From Microcoleus sp. (lineage in GTDB: Bacteria > Cyanobacteriota > Cyanobacteriia > Cyanobacteriales > Microcoleaceae): a stretch of 64,000 bases of DNA. Below are positions 31,813 to 42,298 of the stretch, piece by piece. The notes below the pieces were generated by a model. That model saw only the letters and a list, made by a program, of their open reading frames with translations, had not been told where the DNA came from and searched no databases. Each line of letters opens with the position of its first letter. The stretch's first letter is position 1. The stretch is taken from the NCBI GenBank assembly GCA_052279835.1, contig CP181291.1:4800001-4864000 (forward strand). Direction: 5' to 3'. The position numbers were made by a program, and so were the translations under genes.

Positions 31813-32059
31813 ATACCAATTTTTTATGATGCTGCATATATCTCGATCCCCCCTAATAAAGAGGGCGGGCACGGGGGCACCGCCCCTACTAAGGGGGGGA
31901 CAAGATTCCGATCGACAGTCCCCCTTATTAAGGGGGGGACAAGATTCCGATCGACAGTCCCCCTTATTAAGGGGGGGACAAGATTCCGATCGACAGTCCC
32001 CCTTATTAAGGGGGATTTAGGGGGATCGAAATATATGCAACGACCCATTAAATTGGTAT
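31813..32059. mobile_element. MITE-like element with three internal 39-bp tandem repeats and a nested GTAG-REP
   Basis: ATACCAATT...AATTGGTAT ends with approx. 40-bp imperfect TIRs; three identical units at 31890-32006; shorter copy at 43349-43494. Confidence 0.85.
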
Positions 32060-32124
32060 AACACTATAGGTCAAGGGAAAGCTAAATTTTCCTCAAAGCT
32101 CAACAACACAGTAGGTGGTGTACT

Positions 32125-32667
32125 ATGGCTGTTCTGCAACTAGATGATGGTACGATATACAGGGAAATTGGGGCGATCGCGAACAAACTAGCTGCTTTAA
32201 ATATTCAGATAGATCGTCTGGCGATCGACAAAACTCCTGCGATTCAAGAACTGCTAGTCCAAGACCTGCTGAATGTAACAGAAAAACAGCAGATCCTCGC
32301 AGCATTTAAAAGCGAATTTGAAATGTTCAAATTCACCGGTGGATGTCAGTGGTGTGACTTAAAAGTGCTGCACCCTGGTTCGCCACAGATTTACGGGATG
32401 ATGACTCAAAGCTATCGTACTCATACCCACGCCGATGCAGAAGTCATTCATGTTTTAGCCGGCGAATGTGTGTTTGGGTTTGTATATCCTAACGGTTCTG
32501 AGGTGCAATTATTGTTGGAATCACAGGAATATATTCAAGTTCCTCCCAACACCGAACATTGGTTTTATCTCACGGCTTCGCTGCACTTGAAAGCGGTGCA
32601 GTATTACACCACGGCTCAAGGGTGGGTGCCTCAATATACGAAAAGGCAATTGAAAATCAAGAACTGA
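32125..32667 (+). CDS. mtnD: Acireductone dioxygenase-like cupin
   Basis: HTHADAEV...VPPNTEHWF metal ligands; GWVPQYT C-terminus. Confidence 0.75.
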   Translation: MAVLQLDDGTIYREIGAIANKLAALNIQIDRLAIDKTPAIQELLVQDLLNVTEKQQILAAFKSEFEMFKFTGGCQWCDLKVLHPGSPQIYGMMTQSYRTHTHADAEVIHVLAGECVFGFVYPNGSEVQLLLESQEYIQVPPNTEHWFYLTASLHLKAVQYYTTAQGWVPQYTKRQLKIKN

Positions 32668-32988
32668 ATGTACGAAAAACTTAACCATACAGTTCCTGGT
32701 AGATGCGGGTTTTACCAATAATATAGGTAAAAAACAAACAAGCTTAATCAACCCGCCCCCGCTATGGATCAGGTGGGGTTCGGTGGGTTGATGTCGATGG
32801 TGTGTGGGTAGGGCAGATTAGGGGTAAAACCCGCCCCCACATTAGATCCTAGGTGGAGAGCAGATGTATCCATCAAAAAAACTCAACATTGCTGGAACAA
32901 GATTGCTAGATTTGGTGTCAAGACGGGCTATAATCGTTTTGCGTTTTGAAGACCTTAGTTAATTCCTGCCTCGGTTGCCACCACTCCT

Positions 32989-35778
32989 ATGTCAACGACA
33001 GTCAACACAGAATCCACAGCCGTTAATTTTAACCAACAGGGAGAAACCTATTTATCCCAAGGGAAATTGGAAGAAGCTATCGCCTCCTGCGAGCAAGCTT
33101 TGAAGATTCACCCCAATTTTGCACCGGCTTACAAGACTTTGGGCAACGCGCTACAGGCTCAAGGCCGTGTGGAAGAGGCACGACACTGGTACGCCAAGGC
33201 TATTGAAATTGAACCGAATTTTGCCGAGGTTTACGCCAATTTGGGTAGCATTTGTGCTCAGCAACAAAAGTGGCAGGAGGCGATCGGATTTTATCAAAAG
33301 GCCCTGGCGATTAAGCCGAATTTCGCAGGAGTATACCGCAATTTAGCAAAAGTATTTGGGGAAGTTGGTAAGCCGGCGGAAGCTCAGGAATGCTGGTATC
33401 GAGCATTTTCTTTGGAACCACAAAAGGCGAAACCGTCGGAACATTTGAGCATGGGCGATGCTTTTTTTCGCCAGGAAAAGTTGCCGGAGGCGATCGCCTG
33501 TTACGATCGGGCAATTAAGTTGGACCCGAATTTGGCGACGGCTTACCAAAGTTTGGGTGAGGCGCTGAAAAAACAAGGCAAGTTGGAAGAAGCGACTGTA
33601 TATTATCGTAAGGCGATCGAGTTGAACGCTGCTCATGCGAGAAATGGTAGCGAGGGACAGCAGACTTTGGCTGGGGCAAATGGGACAAATGGTGCTGTTA
33701 AGTCGCCACAAGTTCAGCAACAAATACCGCCACAAGTTCAACAACCACAGGTTCAACAACAAATACCTGAACAAATATTGCGAAAACTACCGCAAGAAAT
33801 ACTGCAACAAATACCTGAGCAAATTAAACAACAAATTAAACAACAGGTTCAGCCACCTGTGAATGGGGGAATTAGTACCGAAGACCCAGAAGCATATAAA
33901 ATACTGGCTGAGGGCTATTTTGCTCAGGGGAAATTGGAACAGGCAATTTCGGCTTGCAAAAAAGCGCTACAAATTAAGCCGGATGCGCCTCTATATAAAA
34001 TGTTGGGTAATGCCTTGCAAGCTGGTGGCAAAATAGATGATGCTAAAACTTGCTATGTTAAGGCAATAGAAATTAATCCGAATTTTGCTGAAGCTTATGC
34101 TAATTATGGTAGCATTTGTGCCCAGCAGGAACAGTGGCAACAAGCGGTTTCTGCTTACGAAAAGGCGATCGCCCTGAAGCCAGATTTTGCCGGTGCTTTC
34201 CGCAATTTTGCCAAGCTGTTGACGCAGTTAGGGAAGTCGGAGGAGGCGGCCGAGTGTTGGTATCGAGCTTTTGCGATCGACCCTAAGTCTGGCACCGCTG
34301 AGGATTTGGAAAATTTAGCTAAAACTTTGATCGAGCAAGGTAAGGTAAATCAGGGCGTTGATTGTTACCGGCGGGCTGTTGAGTTGAACCCAAATGCTGG
34401 TGCTGCTTATCACGAATTGGGGGAAATTCTCAAGGGTCAAGAACAGTGGGAAGCGGCGGTAGATGCTTACAAAAATGCTATTAGAAGTAATCCCGGACTT
34501 TCTTGGTCTCACAACAATTTAGCTGAGTGTCTGGTGAAGTTGGAACGGTGGGATGAGGCTGTCGATGCTTACCGAAAGGCGATCGAATTAAATCCTGATT
34601 TTAGCTGGTCTCACAACAATTTAGCCGATGTTTTATTGAAGTTGGAACGGTGGGATGAGGCGGTAGAACCATACCGGAAAGCAACAGAATTAAATCCTGA
34701 TTTTAGTTGGTCTCACAATTATTTGGCGGATGCGCTGGTTAAGTTGGAACGTTGGGATGAGGCGATTGCTGCTTACCGAAGGTCGATCGAACTTAATCCT
34801 GACCATTTTTGGGCGCACAACAATTTAGCCGAAGCTTTGGTGAAATTGGAACGCTGGGATGAGGCTGTGGCTGCGTATCAGCGGGCTAATGAACTGAATC
34901 CGAGTTTCTTCTGGTCCCACAGCAAGTTGGGTGATGTGCTGTTGGAAATGGAACGGTGGGAGGATGCGGTTGCTGTTTACCAGCGCGCGGCGGAGCTAAA
35001 TCGCGATTTTGCGTGGACTTATTACAACATGGGGACGGCTTTTGAGAAGTCGGAACGGTGGGATGAGTCGATCGCCTCTTATCGCTGTGCGGTGGAAATT
35101 CAGCCGGATTTGCCGTGGATTTCGCAGAAGTTGGCTGATGCTTTGAGGATGCGATCGCAGTGGGATTTGCGGGATGCGATGGGTTTGTATCGAAAGGCGA
35201 TCGCAGAGAATCCTGATGATGTGCAACTTTATCATAAGGCTTTGGAGATTGCGCCGAATGATGCGGGGCTGTATGTGGAGTTGGCGAATGCTTTGGTGCG
35301 GCAGAATTGGGTTGATGGGGCGATCGTCTTTTATCAGATGGCGTTGCAGGTTAACCCCGAATGCGGTGAAGCACAATTGCAGTTGGGGATGCTTTTTGCG
35401 CAAAAAAATGATAGGGATCGGGCGATAAACTGTTACCGCCGCGCTATTGAGGTTCAACCAAATCAGTATAAACCTTACCAGTTGTTAGGGGATGCTTTGA
35501 GTGCAAAAGGTCAGCGTGAGGAAGCAATGAATTGTTACCGTCGCGCGATCGAGTTAAAACCTGATGACCCTTATATCCAGAACAATTTAGCGGATATGCT
35601 CAGGCATCAAGGAGATTTGGAGGGGGCGATCGTTTGTTATCGCCGCGCCATTGAATTAAAACCTGATTTCTCTTGGTTCCACTATAATTTGGGTGAAGTT
35701 TTGACTAAGAAAGGGCAAATTGATGAAGCGAGTTCTTGTTACCGTCACGCCTTAGAGTTGGAACCCAAGATTTTTTAA
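32989..35778 (+). CDS. Large TPR-only protein with a Gln-rich linker
   Basis: More than 20 34-aa repeats of the A..Y..AIEL.P type; no catalytic domain recognised. Confidence 0.92.
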   Translation: MSTTVNTESTAVNFNQQGETYLSQGKLEEAIASCEQALKIHPNFAPAYKTLGNALQAQGRVEEARHWYAKAIEIEPNFAEVYANLGSICAQQQKWQEAIGFYQKALAIKPNFAGVYRNLAKVFGEVGKPAEAQECWYRAFSLEPQKAKPSEHLSMGDAFFRQEKLPEAIACYDRAIKLDPNLATAYQSLGEALKKQGKLEEATVYYRKAIELNAAHARNGSEGQQTLAGANGTNGAVKSPQVQQQIPPQVQQPQVQQQIPEQILRKLPQEILQQIPEQIKQQIKQQVQPPVNGGISTEDPEAYKILAEGYFAQGKLEQAISACKKALQIKPDAPLYKMLGNALQAGGKIDDAKTCYVKAIEINPNFAEAYANYGSICAQQEQWQQAVSAYEKAIALKPDFAGAFRNFAKLLTQLGKSEEAAECWYRAFAIDPKSGTAEDLENLAKTLIEQGKVNQGVDCYRRAVELNPNAGAAYHELGEILKGQEQWEAAVDAYKNAIRSNPGLSWSHNNLAECLVKLERWDEAVDAYRKAIELNPDFSWSHNNLADVLLKLERWDEAVEPYRKATELNPDFSWSHNYLADALVKLERWDEAIAAYRRSIELNPDHFWAHNNLAEALVKLERWDEAVAAYQRANELNPSFFWSHSKLGDVLLEMERWEDAVAVYQRAAELNRDFAWTYYNMGTAFEKSERWDESIASYRCAVEIQPDLPWISQKLADALRMRSQWDLRDAMGLYRKAIAENPDDVQLYHKALEIAPNDAGLYVELANALVRQNWVDGAIVFYQMALQVNPECGEAQLQLGMLFAQKNDRDRAINCYRRAIEVQPNQYKPYQLLGDALSAKGQREEAMNCYRRAIELKPDDPYIQNNLADMLRHQGDLEGAIVCYRRAIELKPDFSWFHYNLGEVLTKKGQIDEASSCYRHALELEPKIF

Positions 35779-35873
35779 TTTACGGTGCAAGGCAGCCTGT
35801 ATCTCGTAAGTTGAGGCAGGCTGATAGAGCTTATTTCCCTTAAAATAATATCAACGAGATTAGAGTAACTACC

Positions 35874-36134
35874 ATGAACCCTGAAGCAACTCAACGCTTG
35901 GAAGAATCCATTCAAAAAACTTTATCCACTCATGCTAAAAGCGACAAAAGTTATCTCTGGATGGCATATTGGGTAATCTTTGAACGGGAAGCAGACCCTG
36001 ATGGATTAGAAGGTTGGTTAAACGATATCAAGTCAGGTTTGAGTCGGGCAGATGTTATCCAAAAAATGGTAGAGTCAAGTGAATTTCAAAAACGCCTTTC
36101 AGATGTAACAAACTTAGAAGCCAGTGGAAATTAA
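35874..36134 (+). CDS. DUF4214-domain small protein (possibly frameshifted N-terminus of the next ORF)
   Basis: AYWVIFEREADPDGLEGWLNDIKSGLSRADVIQKMVESSEF. Confidence 0.7.
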   Translation: MNPEATQRLEESIQKTLSTHAKSDKSYLWMAYWVIFEREADPDGLEGWLNDIKSGLSRADVIQKMVESSEFQKRLSDVTNLEASGN

Positions 36135-37098
36135 AGGAATGTCCATTAAATCGGAACAAGAAAAACGCCTGCAAAAAAGTATCCAAAATACTTTATCCAC
36201 TCATGCGAAAAGCGACAAAAGTTATCTCTGGATGGCTTATTGGGTAATCTTTGAGCGCGAAGCCGATCTTGATGGGCTGGAAGGTTGGTTAAACGAACTT
36301 AAGACAGGTGCGTCTAGAGCTACTGTTATAAAAAAAATGGTTGAGGCTCATGAATTTCAACAAAGGCTGACAGGTGAAGAAGGTGGCAATCGTAGCTTTA
36401 CTGAAGACAATATCAACTCTCTGTTGGATAATAAGCTTCATAGTGCTCGCATGAAAATGGTGAGAACGCTGCTACCGCCTGCTAACGCGATCTTAGATTT
36501 GGGAGGTTATTCTGCATCAGATCGAAGAGGCGCTCTATTACAGCTTGGCTATCCTCATTTCCCCGAAAATTTATATATTAGAGATTTGTCGCCCGATAAA
36601 ATGATGTTTTCCGGGCCAGAGTGGCCAATAAAAGTTAAGCACCAAAATTGCATTATTGAATATGTTTATGGAAGCATGACCGACTTAAGCGACTTTCAAC
36701 AAAGTAGTTTTGACTTAGTTTGGTCGGGAGAGTCAATCGAACACATCACCATAGAAGAAGCAGAACAGCTATTTGACCAAGTTTATAAATTGTTAAAGCC
36801 AGGTGGTAAGTTTGCTCTAGACACTCCTAACAGGAAAGCTACCAAGCTACAGTTTCCCAATAATTACATTCATCCCGAACACAAATTAGAATACTATTTT
36901 GATGATTTGTGCAAACTGTTGGAGAAGCATAATTTCAAGATAGTCGAAACAAAGGGTATCATTGACCTCTCACAATCCATTGAAACGTCAAGCCAGGAAA
37001 CTCTCAATCATGAATTTCTGCACAGCCAACTATTAAACGACAATCCCGATCGATCTTATTGTTTTTACATTTGCTGTATGCGATCGGAAGATTTGTAG
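36124..37098 (+). CDS. DUF4214 plus class I SAM methyltransferase
   Basis: Second DUF4214 copy; ILDLGG, SFDLVWSGESIEHI, LKPGGKFALDTPN. Confidence 0.8.
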   Translation: MEIKGMSIKSEQEKRLQKSIQNTLSTHAKSDKSYLWMAYWVIFEREADLDGLEGWLNELKTGASRATVIKKMVEAHEFQQRLTGEEGGNRSFTEDNINSLLDNKLHSARMKMVRTLLPPANAILDLGGYSASDRRGALLQLGYPHFPENLYIRDLSPDKMMFSGPEWPIKVKHQNCIIEYVYGSMTDLSDFQQSSFDLVWSGESIEHITIEEAEQLFDQVYKLLKPGGKFALDTPNRKATKLQFPNNYIHPEHKLEYYFDDLCKLLEKHNFKIVETKGIIDLSQSIETSSQETLNHEFLHSQLLNDNPDRSYCFYICCMRSEDL

Positions 37099-37157
37099 GC
37101 TCATTTATCGGAAAACGAACCATAAATCATCAAGGAAGCCCGTCAGTTGACAGAGTA

Positions 37158-38363
37158 TCAAGATTTAACCCTTGCTCTGTCTAGTTCTCTCTGAGCTTGC
37201 AGCGCGGCTTGCTTCCAAGCTTGAGCTTGCAATTCAAACGACTTCTTCTCCTCTATTGTTCTCATAATATATTCGAGGCGATGTCTAATTTTTTTACCAA
37301 TAACCTCTGGACTCAATAAAGACCTAATTTCCTTAGCTGCTCTCGCTCCTACTTGCTGTGCTTGCGGATAATTGCTAAAAACATACTGCATCAGCGAAGC
37401 TGTATGATCGACATCCGGCTCAGCCCAGATACTACCTTTTGGGTAAAGTCCGTAAGCTTCAGTCGTGGCAACTAAATCGTATTTCACCAAAAAACTATTA
37501 CCGACATTCATAAAATCGGTATTGGATGAATAAGCGGTAGCTATGACTGGCTTACCGTAATACATCGCCTCCGCCATAGTTAAACCAAAACCCTCAGCCC
37601 GATGTAGCGATACATAGCAGTTACAATTATCGACTAAGCCATGAACTTCTTCCTTGCTCAAATGGCCTTCGATCAGTTGAATAGAGGGCCAGTCTTCTGT
37701 CATTGCTTTTAGTTGAGCGTACTCATTTTGATAAGCTGGATGAGGTCGGAACTTAATAATCAGTAAAACATCTTCGTTAGGCTTCCCAAAAGCTTTTTTA
37801 AACGCCTCAATGGTAGCAAAAGGATTTTTTCGCTCAAAACCGCTACCCATGTCGAACATGAACAGAAAAATAAATTTATCTTTGGGCAATCCTAAAGCTT
37901 CTCGGCCCAATTCGTTGGGCGGTAAATAAATGCTTGGCGGTAATTTTACAACTGGAAGAGGCGACACATCAGAAATAGTTTCAGCAGTGTAATTACTGTA
38001 AGTCCAAACCTCATCAAATCGATTAAAAGCCCCCACAAAAAAATCAGGAAACACCGGAAGTTCCCAAATCCAAAAACCAATATTATAGCGATTTTGAAAA
38101 ACTTCTGGAGCGATACAATTCAACAAGGATTCGTGAGGGTTGGTATGGACGATATTAATTGGATAAGAAGCATCGCTCGAAAAATTGGTATATGTAGAAT
38201 CTAAGTTGCGTTGCGAATCTTCTTTCAGATCCTGGAGCGTGAAAGGAATGTTAGCTGCTTCTATGGCTTTGATCGTCCCTCGCACGCCCCCGCCCAAACC
38301 AAATTCGCCACTCACATGACCGATAATATTAACTCCAAACTTACAATTTGTGTGGTTGAGCAT
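37158..38363 (-). CDS. GT4 glycosyltransferase, paralogue 3
   Basis: IGFWIWELP, FERKNP, CYVSLHRAEGFGLTMAEAM. Confidence 0.9.
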   Translation of the reverse strand: MLNHTNCKFGVNIIGHVSGEFGLGGGVRGTIKAIEAANIPFTLQDLKEDSQRNLDSTYTNFSSDASYPINIVHTNPHESLLNCIAPEVFQNRYNIGFWIWELPVFPDFFVGAFNRFDEVWTYSNYTAETISDVSPLPVVKLPPSIYLPPNELGREALGLPKDKFIFLFMFDMGSGFERKNPFATIEAFKKAFGKPNEDVLLIIKFRPHPAYQNEYAQLKAMTEDWPSIQLIEGHLSKEEVHGLVDNCNCYVSLHRAEGFGLTMAEAMYYGKPVIATAYSSNTDFMNVGNSFLVKYDLVATTEAYGLYPKGSIWAEPDVDHTASLMQYVFSNYPQAQQVGARAAKEIRSLLSPEVIGKKIRHRLEYIMRTIEEKKSFELQAQAWKQAALQAQRELDRARVKS

Positions 38364-38406
38364 CACTGAACTCCTAATAACAAATATCTACAGTAAATCC
38401 AAGTAT

Positions 38407-39660
38407 TTAATTTTTAACAAAGCGTTGATATTGCGCTAGTTCAGATTGAACTTGTTGTGTTGTCTGCCGCCAAACTTGGATTTGAGATTGACTATAAGCC
38501 GTTTCTTGCTGCATCTGATGGATGCGAGTTGACCAGTTTGTAGACTGGTTCATCCTGTTTCTAATAATTTCCAAGCGGTTTTTGATTTTGACCCCTAAAA
38601 GTTGAGGGCTCAACAAAGATTTAATTTCTTCAGAGGCTCTAGCTCCTACTTTTCGCGCTGCTTGGGGATTCTCAAAAACATACTGCATTAAGGATGCTGC
38701 ATGATCGATACTGGGATCTGCCCAGTAATTTCCTTTAAAGTAAGGCCCATAATCTTCTGTCAGCGTCACTATGTCATATTTTACTGGAAAACTATTGCCG
38801 ATATTCATAAATTCCATATTAGATGAGTAGCCAGTTGCAATTACAGGTTTGCCGTAGTACATGGCTTCGGCCATTGTCAAGCCAAACCCTTCGGCACGAT
38901 GCAGGGAAACATAGCAGTCACAATTAGCAACTAAAGCATGAAGTTCTTCTCTCTTTAAATGCCCATCTATAAAGTGAACAGGCCACCCTGCTGCTTGGGC
39001 TTTGAGTTGGTCTCGCTCTTTGGGAAAAAAGCTGCCATTGGAAAACTTAAGTACCAATAAGACATCTTCATTGGATTGAGCAAAAGCTCGTTTAAATGCC
39101 TCCAAAGTAGCAAAAGGATTTTTGCGACCTATGGTACTGTGGAAGTCAAACATGAACAGAAAAATAACTTTGTTTTCGGGCAATCCTAATGCTTCTCTAT
39201 CAAATGATGGTTCGGGCAGATCGAGGCTGGACATCATTTTAATCACGGGTACAGGCGATACAGGGGCGATCGCTTCAGCACAGTAATTGCTATAAGTCCA
39301 AATTTCGTCAAACAAAGAAAAAGCGTACAGCCACCCTGGGGGGAATATAGGTAGTTCCCAAGCCCAGAAGCCAATATTGTATCTACCCTTAAAACATTCT
39401 GGATCGACCATGTTGAAAACAACCGGTTCTGGTAGAGTGTGAATCAGGTTAATGGGATAGGGATTTTGGTCAGAAAAAGTTGTGTAGCTGTTATCTAAAT
39501 TTCGATGCCAATCTACTTTAATATCTTTGAGTGCAAAGGGAATACCAGCCGCTTCGATCGCTCTGAGAGTTGCCCTCGAACCTTCTCCCAGCCCATATTC
39601 ACCGCTCAGGTGTCCGATAAAATTGATGCCGAAATTAGAATCTACGCTTTGATTTAACAT
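38407..39660 (-). CDS. GT4 glycosyltransferase, paralogue 2
   Basis: IGFWAWELP, RKNP, CYVSLHRAEGFGLTMAEAM. Confidence 0.9.
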   Translation of the reverse strand: MLNQSVDSNFGINFIGHLSGEYGLGEGSRATLRAIEAAGIPFALKDIKVDWHRNLDNSYTTFSDQNPYPINLIHTLPEPVVFNMVDPECFKGRYNIGFWAWELPIFPPGWLYAFSLFDEIWTYSNYCAEAIAPVSPVPVIKMMSSLDLPEPSFDREALGLPENKVIFLFMFDFHSTIGRKNPFATLEAFKRAFAQSNEDVLLVLKFSNGSFFPKERDQLKAQAAGWPVHFIDGHLKREELHALVANCDCYVSLHRAEGFGLTMAEAMYYGKPVIATGYSSNMEFMNIGNSFPVKYDIVTLTEDYGPYFKGNYWADPSIDHAASLMQYVFENPQAARKVGARASEEIKSLLSPQLLGVKIKNRLEIIRNRMNQSTNWSTRIHQMQQETAYSQSQIQVWRQTTQQVQSELAQYQRFVKN

Positions 39661-39728
39661 AGTTAAGTCTTCTACTTAATAAATCTTGAGAATCAATGAT
39701 TGACTATTCAGCGCTAATGTAGTTTAAA

Positions 39729-40985
39729 TTAAGAGTGTTTGGCTAACTCTTTCTGTACCTGCAATGCTGTCTGCCTCCAAGCTTGGGCTTGACGAGCCAA
39801 TAAATCTCTTTCTGCCTGAAGCTCATGGAACCGATTTGACAATTGGGATTGATGGAGATGTGCACTGATAAATTCAAGGCGATTTTTAATTTTGACACCT
39901 ACAGTTTGAGGGCTTAATAAAGACCTCATTTCCTTGGCTGCAATTTTTCCTACTTTCTGAGCTTCGCGATCGTTCTCAAACACATACTGCATAAGAGACG
40001 CAGCATGATCTATATCTGGTTGGGCCCAGACACTTCCTTTGGGGTAAGCTCCATAATCTTCAGTTGTTGTCACCAGCTCGTATTTAACCGGAAAACTATT
40101 GCCCACATTCATAAATTCCATATTCGATGAATAGGCGGTGGCGATTACTGGTTTGCCGTAGTACATGGCTTCCGACATTGTTAAACCAAATCCTTCAGCC
40201 CGATGCAGAGAGACATAACAGTCACAACTATTAACCAAAGCATGAATCTCTGCTTTTTGCAAATGTCCGTCTATCAAATGAAGGGATGACCAACCCTCAG
40301 CTAAATCAAGTAGTTCCTGTCGCCGTTCTGGGAAAAGATGAGCATTCGCAAATTTGAGAACGAGTAAAACATCTGGATTCGATTTACCAAAAGCTCGTTT
40401 AAATGCTTCAACGGTGGCAAAGGGATTTTTCCGTTCAAAGGAACTGCCAAAGTCAAACATGAAGAGAAAAATAAACTTATCTTTAGGTAAATTCAGGTTT
40501 TCTCTTGTTAGTGATGGTTGTGGGAAAGCGAGGCTAACCGGAATTTTGAGTACAGGAACTCGGGAGACCGCCGAAAATGCTTCTGCACAAAAATTACTCG
40601 TAGTCCAGATTTCATCAAATAAATCAAATGCCCATTGCCACTCACTCGGAAAAACTGGCAATTCCCACAACCAGACACCTATATTGTATTTGCCTTTGAA
40701 ATATTCAGAACCTATGCCGGGAAAGTATCCTGCTAAAATCTGCTCGATCCAATTGGGGTTAGTTTGGACTATATTGATTGGATATGGATTTTCATCAGAA
40801 AATTTTTTATAGCTGGTATCGGAGTTGGGTAACCAATCTATTTTCATATCCTTAACTGCAAAGGGAATTCTGGCTGCTTCTAGAGCTCTGAGATTTCCTC
40901 TGGCGGCTTCCGCCAGCCCAAAATCACCCGTTATATGACCCGCTAAATTAACACCCAAAGAATTATTTAGTTTATTATTTAACAT
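39729..40985 (-). CDS. GT4 glycosyltransferase, paralogue 1
   Basis: IGVWLWELP, FERKNP, CYVSLHRAEGFGLTMSEAM. Confidence 0.9.
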   Translation of the reverse strand: MLNNKLNNSLGVNLAGHITGDFGLAEAARGNLRALEAARIPFAVKDMKIDWLPNSDTSYKKFSDENPYPINIVQTNPNWIEQILAGYFPGIGSEYFKGKYNIGVWLWELPVFPSEWQWAFDLFDEIWTTSNFCAEAFSAVSRVPVLKIPVSLAFPQPSLTRENLNLPKDKFIFLFMFDFGSSFERKNPFATVEAFKRAFGKSNPDVLLVLKFANAHLFPERRQELLDLAEGWSSLHLIDGHLQKAEIHALVNSCDCYVSLHRAEGFGLTMSEAMYYGKPVIATAYSSNMEFMNVGNSFPVKYELVTTTEDYGAYPKGSVWAQPDIDHAASLMQYVFENDREAQKVGKIAAKEMRSLLSPQTVGVKIKNRLEFISAHLHQSQLSNRFHELQAERDLLARQAQAWRQTALQVQKELAKHS

Positions 40986-41041
40986 TCGTCTTGCTTTGTG
41001 CTTAGTAAAAATGTCTGAATAGAATTGAACAACGATTTAAT

Positions 41042-41911
41042 CTATGAAGCCTTCTTAATGAGCAGCCCCAAGGATGTTGTGACATATTGTTCTAACTGAA
41101 GTTTTAAGTGTATCCCCGACCAGGGCGGTACGTCTATGTGACGATCGAATGGGCCGCTGCCAACGTTGTAGTTGAGGACAATTTCGTGTCCCTCGGTTGC
41201 TAAATCTACGGCCAGCCGATCGATGTCCTGCCGTCTAAAGAGTACAGTCTGTTGGTGGTCGATCGTCTCGTCATTAGAAAGAACATTGAATTCAGTGGTG
41301 TGTACTGCGATTCCCCCTGGACGCAGGCACTTAATGCTATTTTTGACAAATTGCAACCCCAGCTCGATCGAGCCCACGTGTTCAAAAGCGCAAGAAGAAT
41401 AGACAAAATCGAAGCCTACCAAATCCGCATCTATTTTATTCATGTCAGCGACCCGGTAAGTTACATTGGAGGCGAATCGTTCCGGGGGGCAGATGCCGCG
41501 ATCGTTAAGCGCCTCTAGCGTGGCTGCATATTGACCCGTACCCGCCCATCCCTGCTTCGTCGCCTCCTCTGAATCTAAGTCTGTGGCCACCACGGAGCAG
41601 CCTCGCGCAGCCATGACAGCTACTAGCGGTTCCTGGCCTACGCCAAAACCCAGTCCGCGCCTCCCTGGTGACATCATCCCCGTTTCTGATAAACATTGGA
41701 GGATATAGGCATATTCCCATAGCTTGCGATGAAAGATGGGAGGATGCGGCAGACGAGTTTCCTGACACCAATAGTAGAAGGCGTCCGATCGGCACTGGGC
41801 CTCGGTAGCCATTTGCGAAACTGGATTGATTAAGCTTGGCTCGTCATTGACAATCAATGGCTGATGCTTAATGGTCGTTTGCTCTATATTAAAACCCGAT
41901 TTTGTAATCAT
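41042..41911 (-). CDS. Class I SAM-dependent methyltransferase
   Basis: GLGFGVG, FDFVYSSCAFEH, LRPGGIAVHTTE. Confidence 0.8.
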   Translation of the reverse strand: MITKSGFNIEQTTIKHQPLIVNDEPSLINPVSQMATEAQCRSDAFYYWCQETRLPHPPIFHRKLWEYAYILQCLSETGMMSPGRRGLGFGVGQEPLVAVMAARGCSVVATDLDSEEATKQGWAGTGQYAATLEALNDRGICPPERFASNVTYRVADMNKIDADLVGFDFVYSSCAFEHVGSIELGLQFVKNSIKCLRPGGIAVHTTEFNVLSNDETIDHQQTVLFRRQDIDRLAVDLATEGHEIVLNYNVGSGPFDRHIDVPPWSGIHLKLQLEQYVTTSLGLLIKKAS

Positions 41912-42298
41912 AGCTTTTTAATCAGTCTGTTACTAATGGATGGTGAGCGCTGTCTGGCCATCAATGCTGCGAGGTATTAATTCTTTCCATTCTGCTGAGT
42001 TAACTAAGATATTGGTATCGGGGCTTTCTCTTTTTTATGATGAATTTATGACGAAAAGCTAGCCAAATTTTGTCACCTGTTCAAGAATATTTTTGTTGTT
42101 GAAAAAGACCTACAGTTTACCAGATAAACAAATAATTTTCTAGATCGCCATCGCCCTTAAGCCGATATCTTTATGCTGCCACATTAAACACCTAACCTTC
42201 AGTTAATCTGCAAGTCAGCCTCATTTTCGCATAAATGCTCCCCAAGCAGAGTAAAATTAGCGACGATAAATCTGGGATTTTTCTATTTTTCAAATTGG

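Noticed and set aside
31890..32006. CRISPR-like array
   Set aside because: The three 39-bp units are identical end to end with no unique spacers, lie inside a MITE, and no cas genes are present
31824..32048. 74-aa and 64-aa repetitive ORFs
   Set aside because: Translations of the MITE tandem units, with no sign of a real gene
34501..35112. Diversity-generating retroelement template/variable repeats
   Set aside because: These are ordinary in-frame 102-bp TPR units, the differences are not adenine-specific, and no reverse transcriptase is in the window
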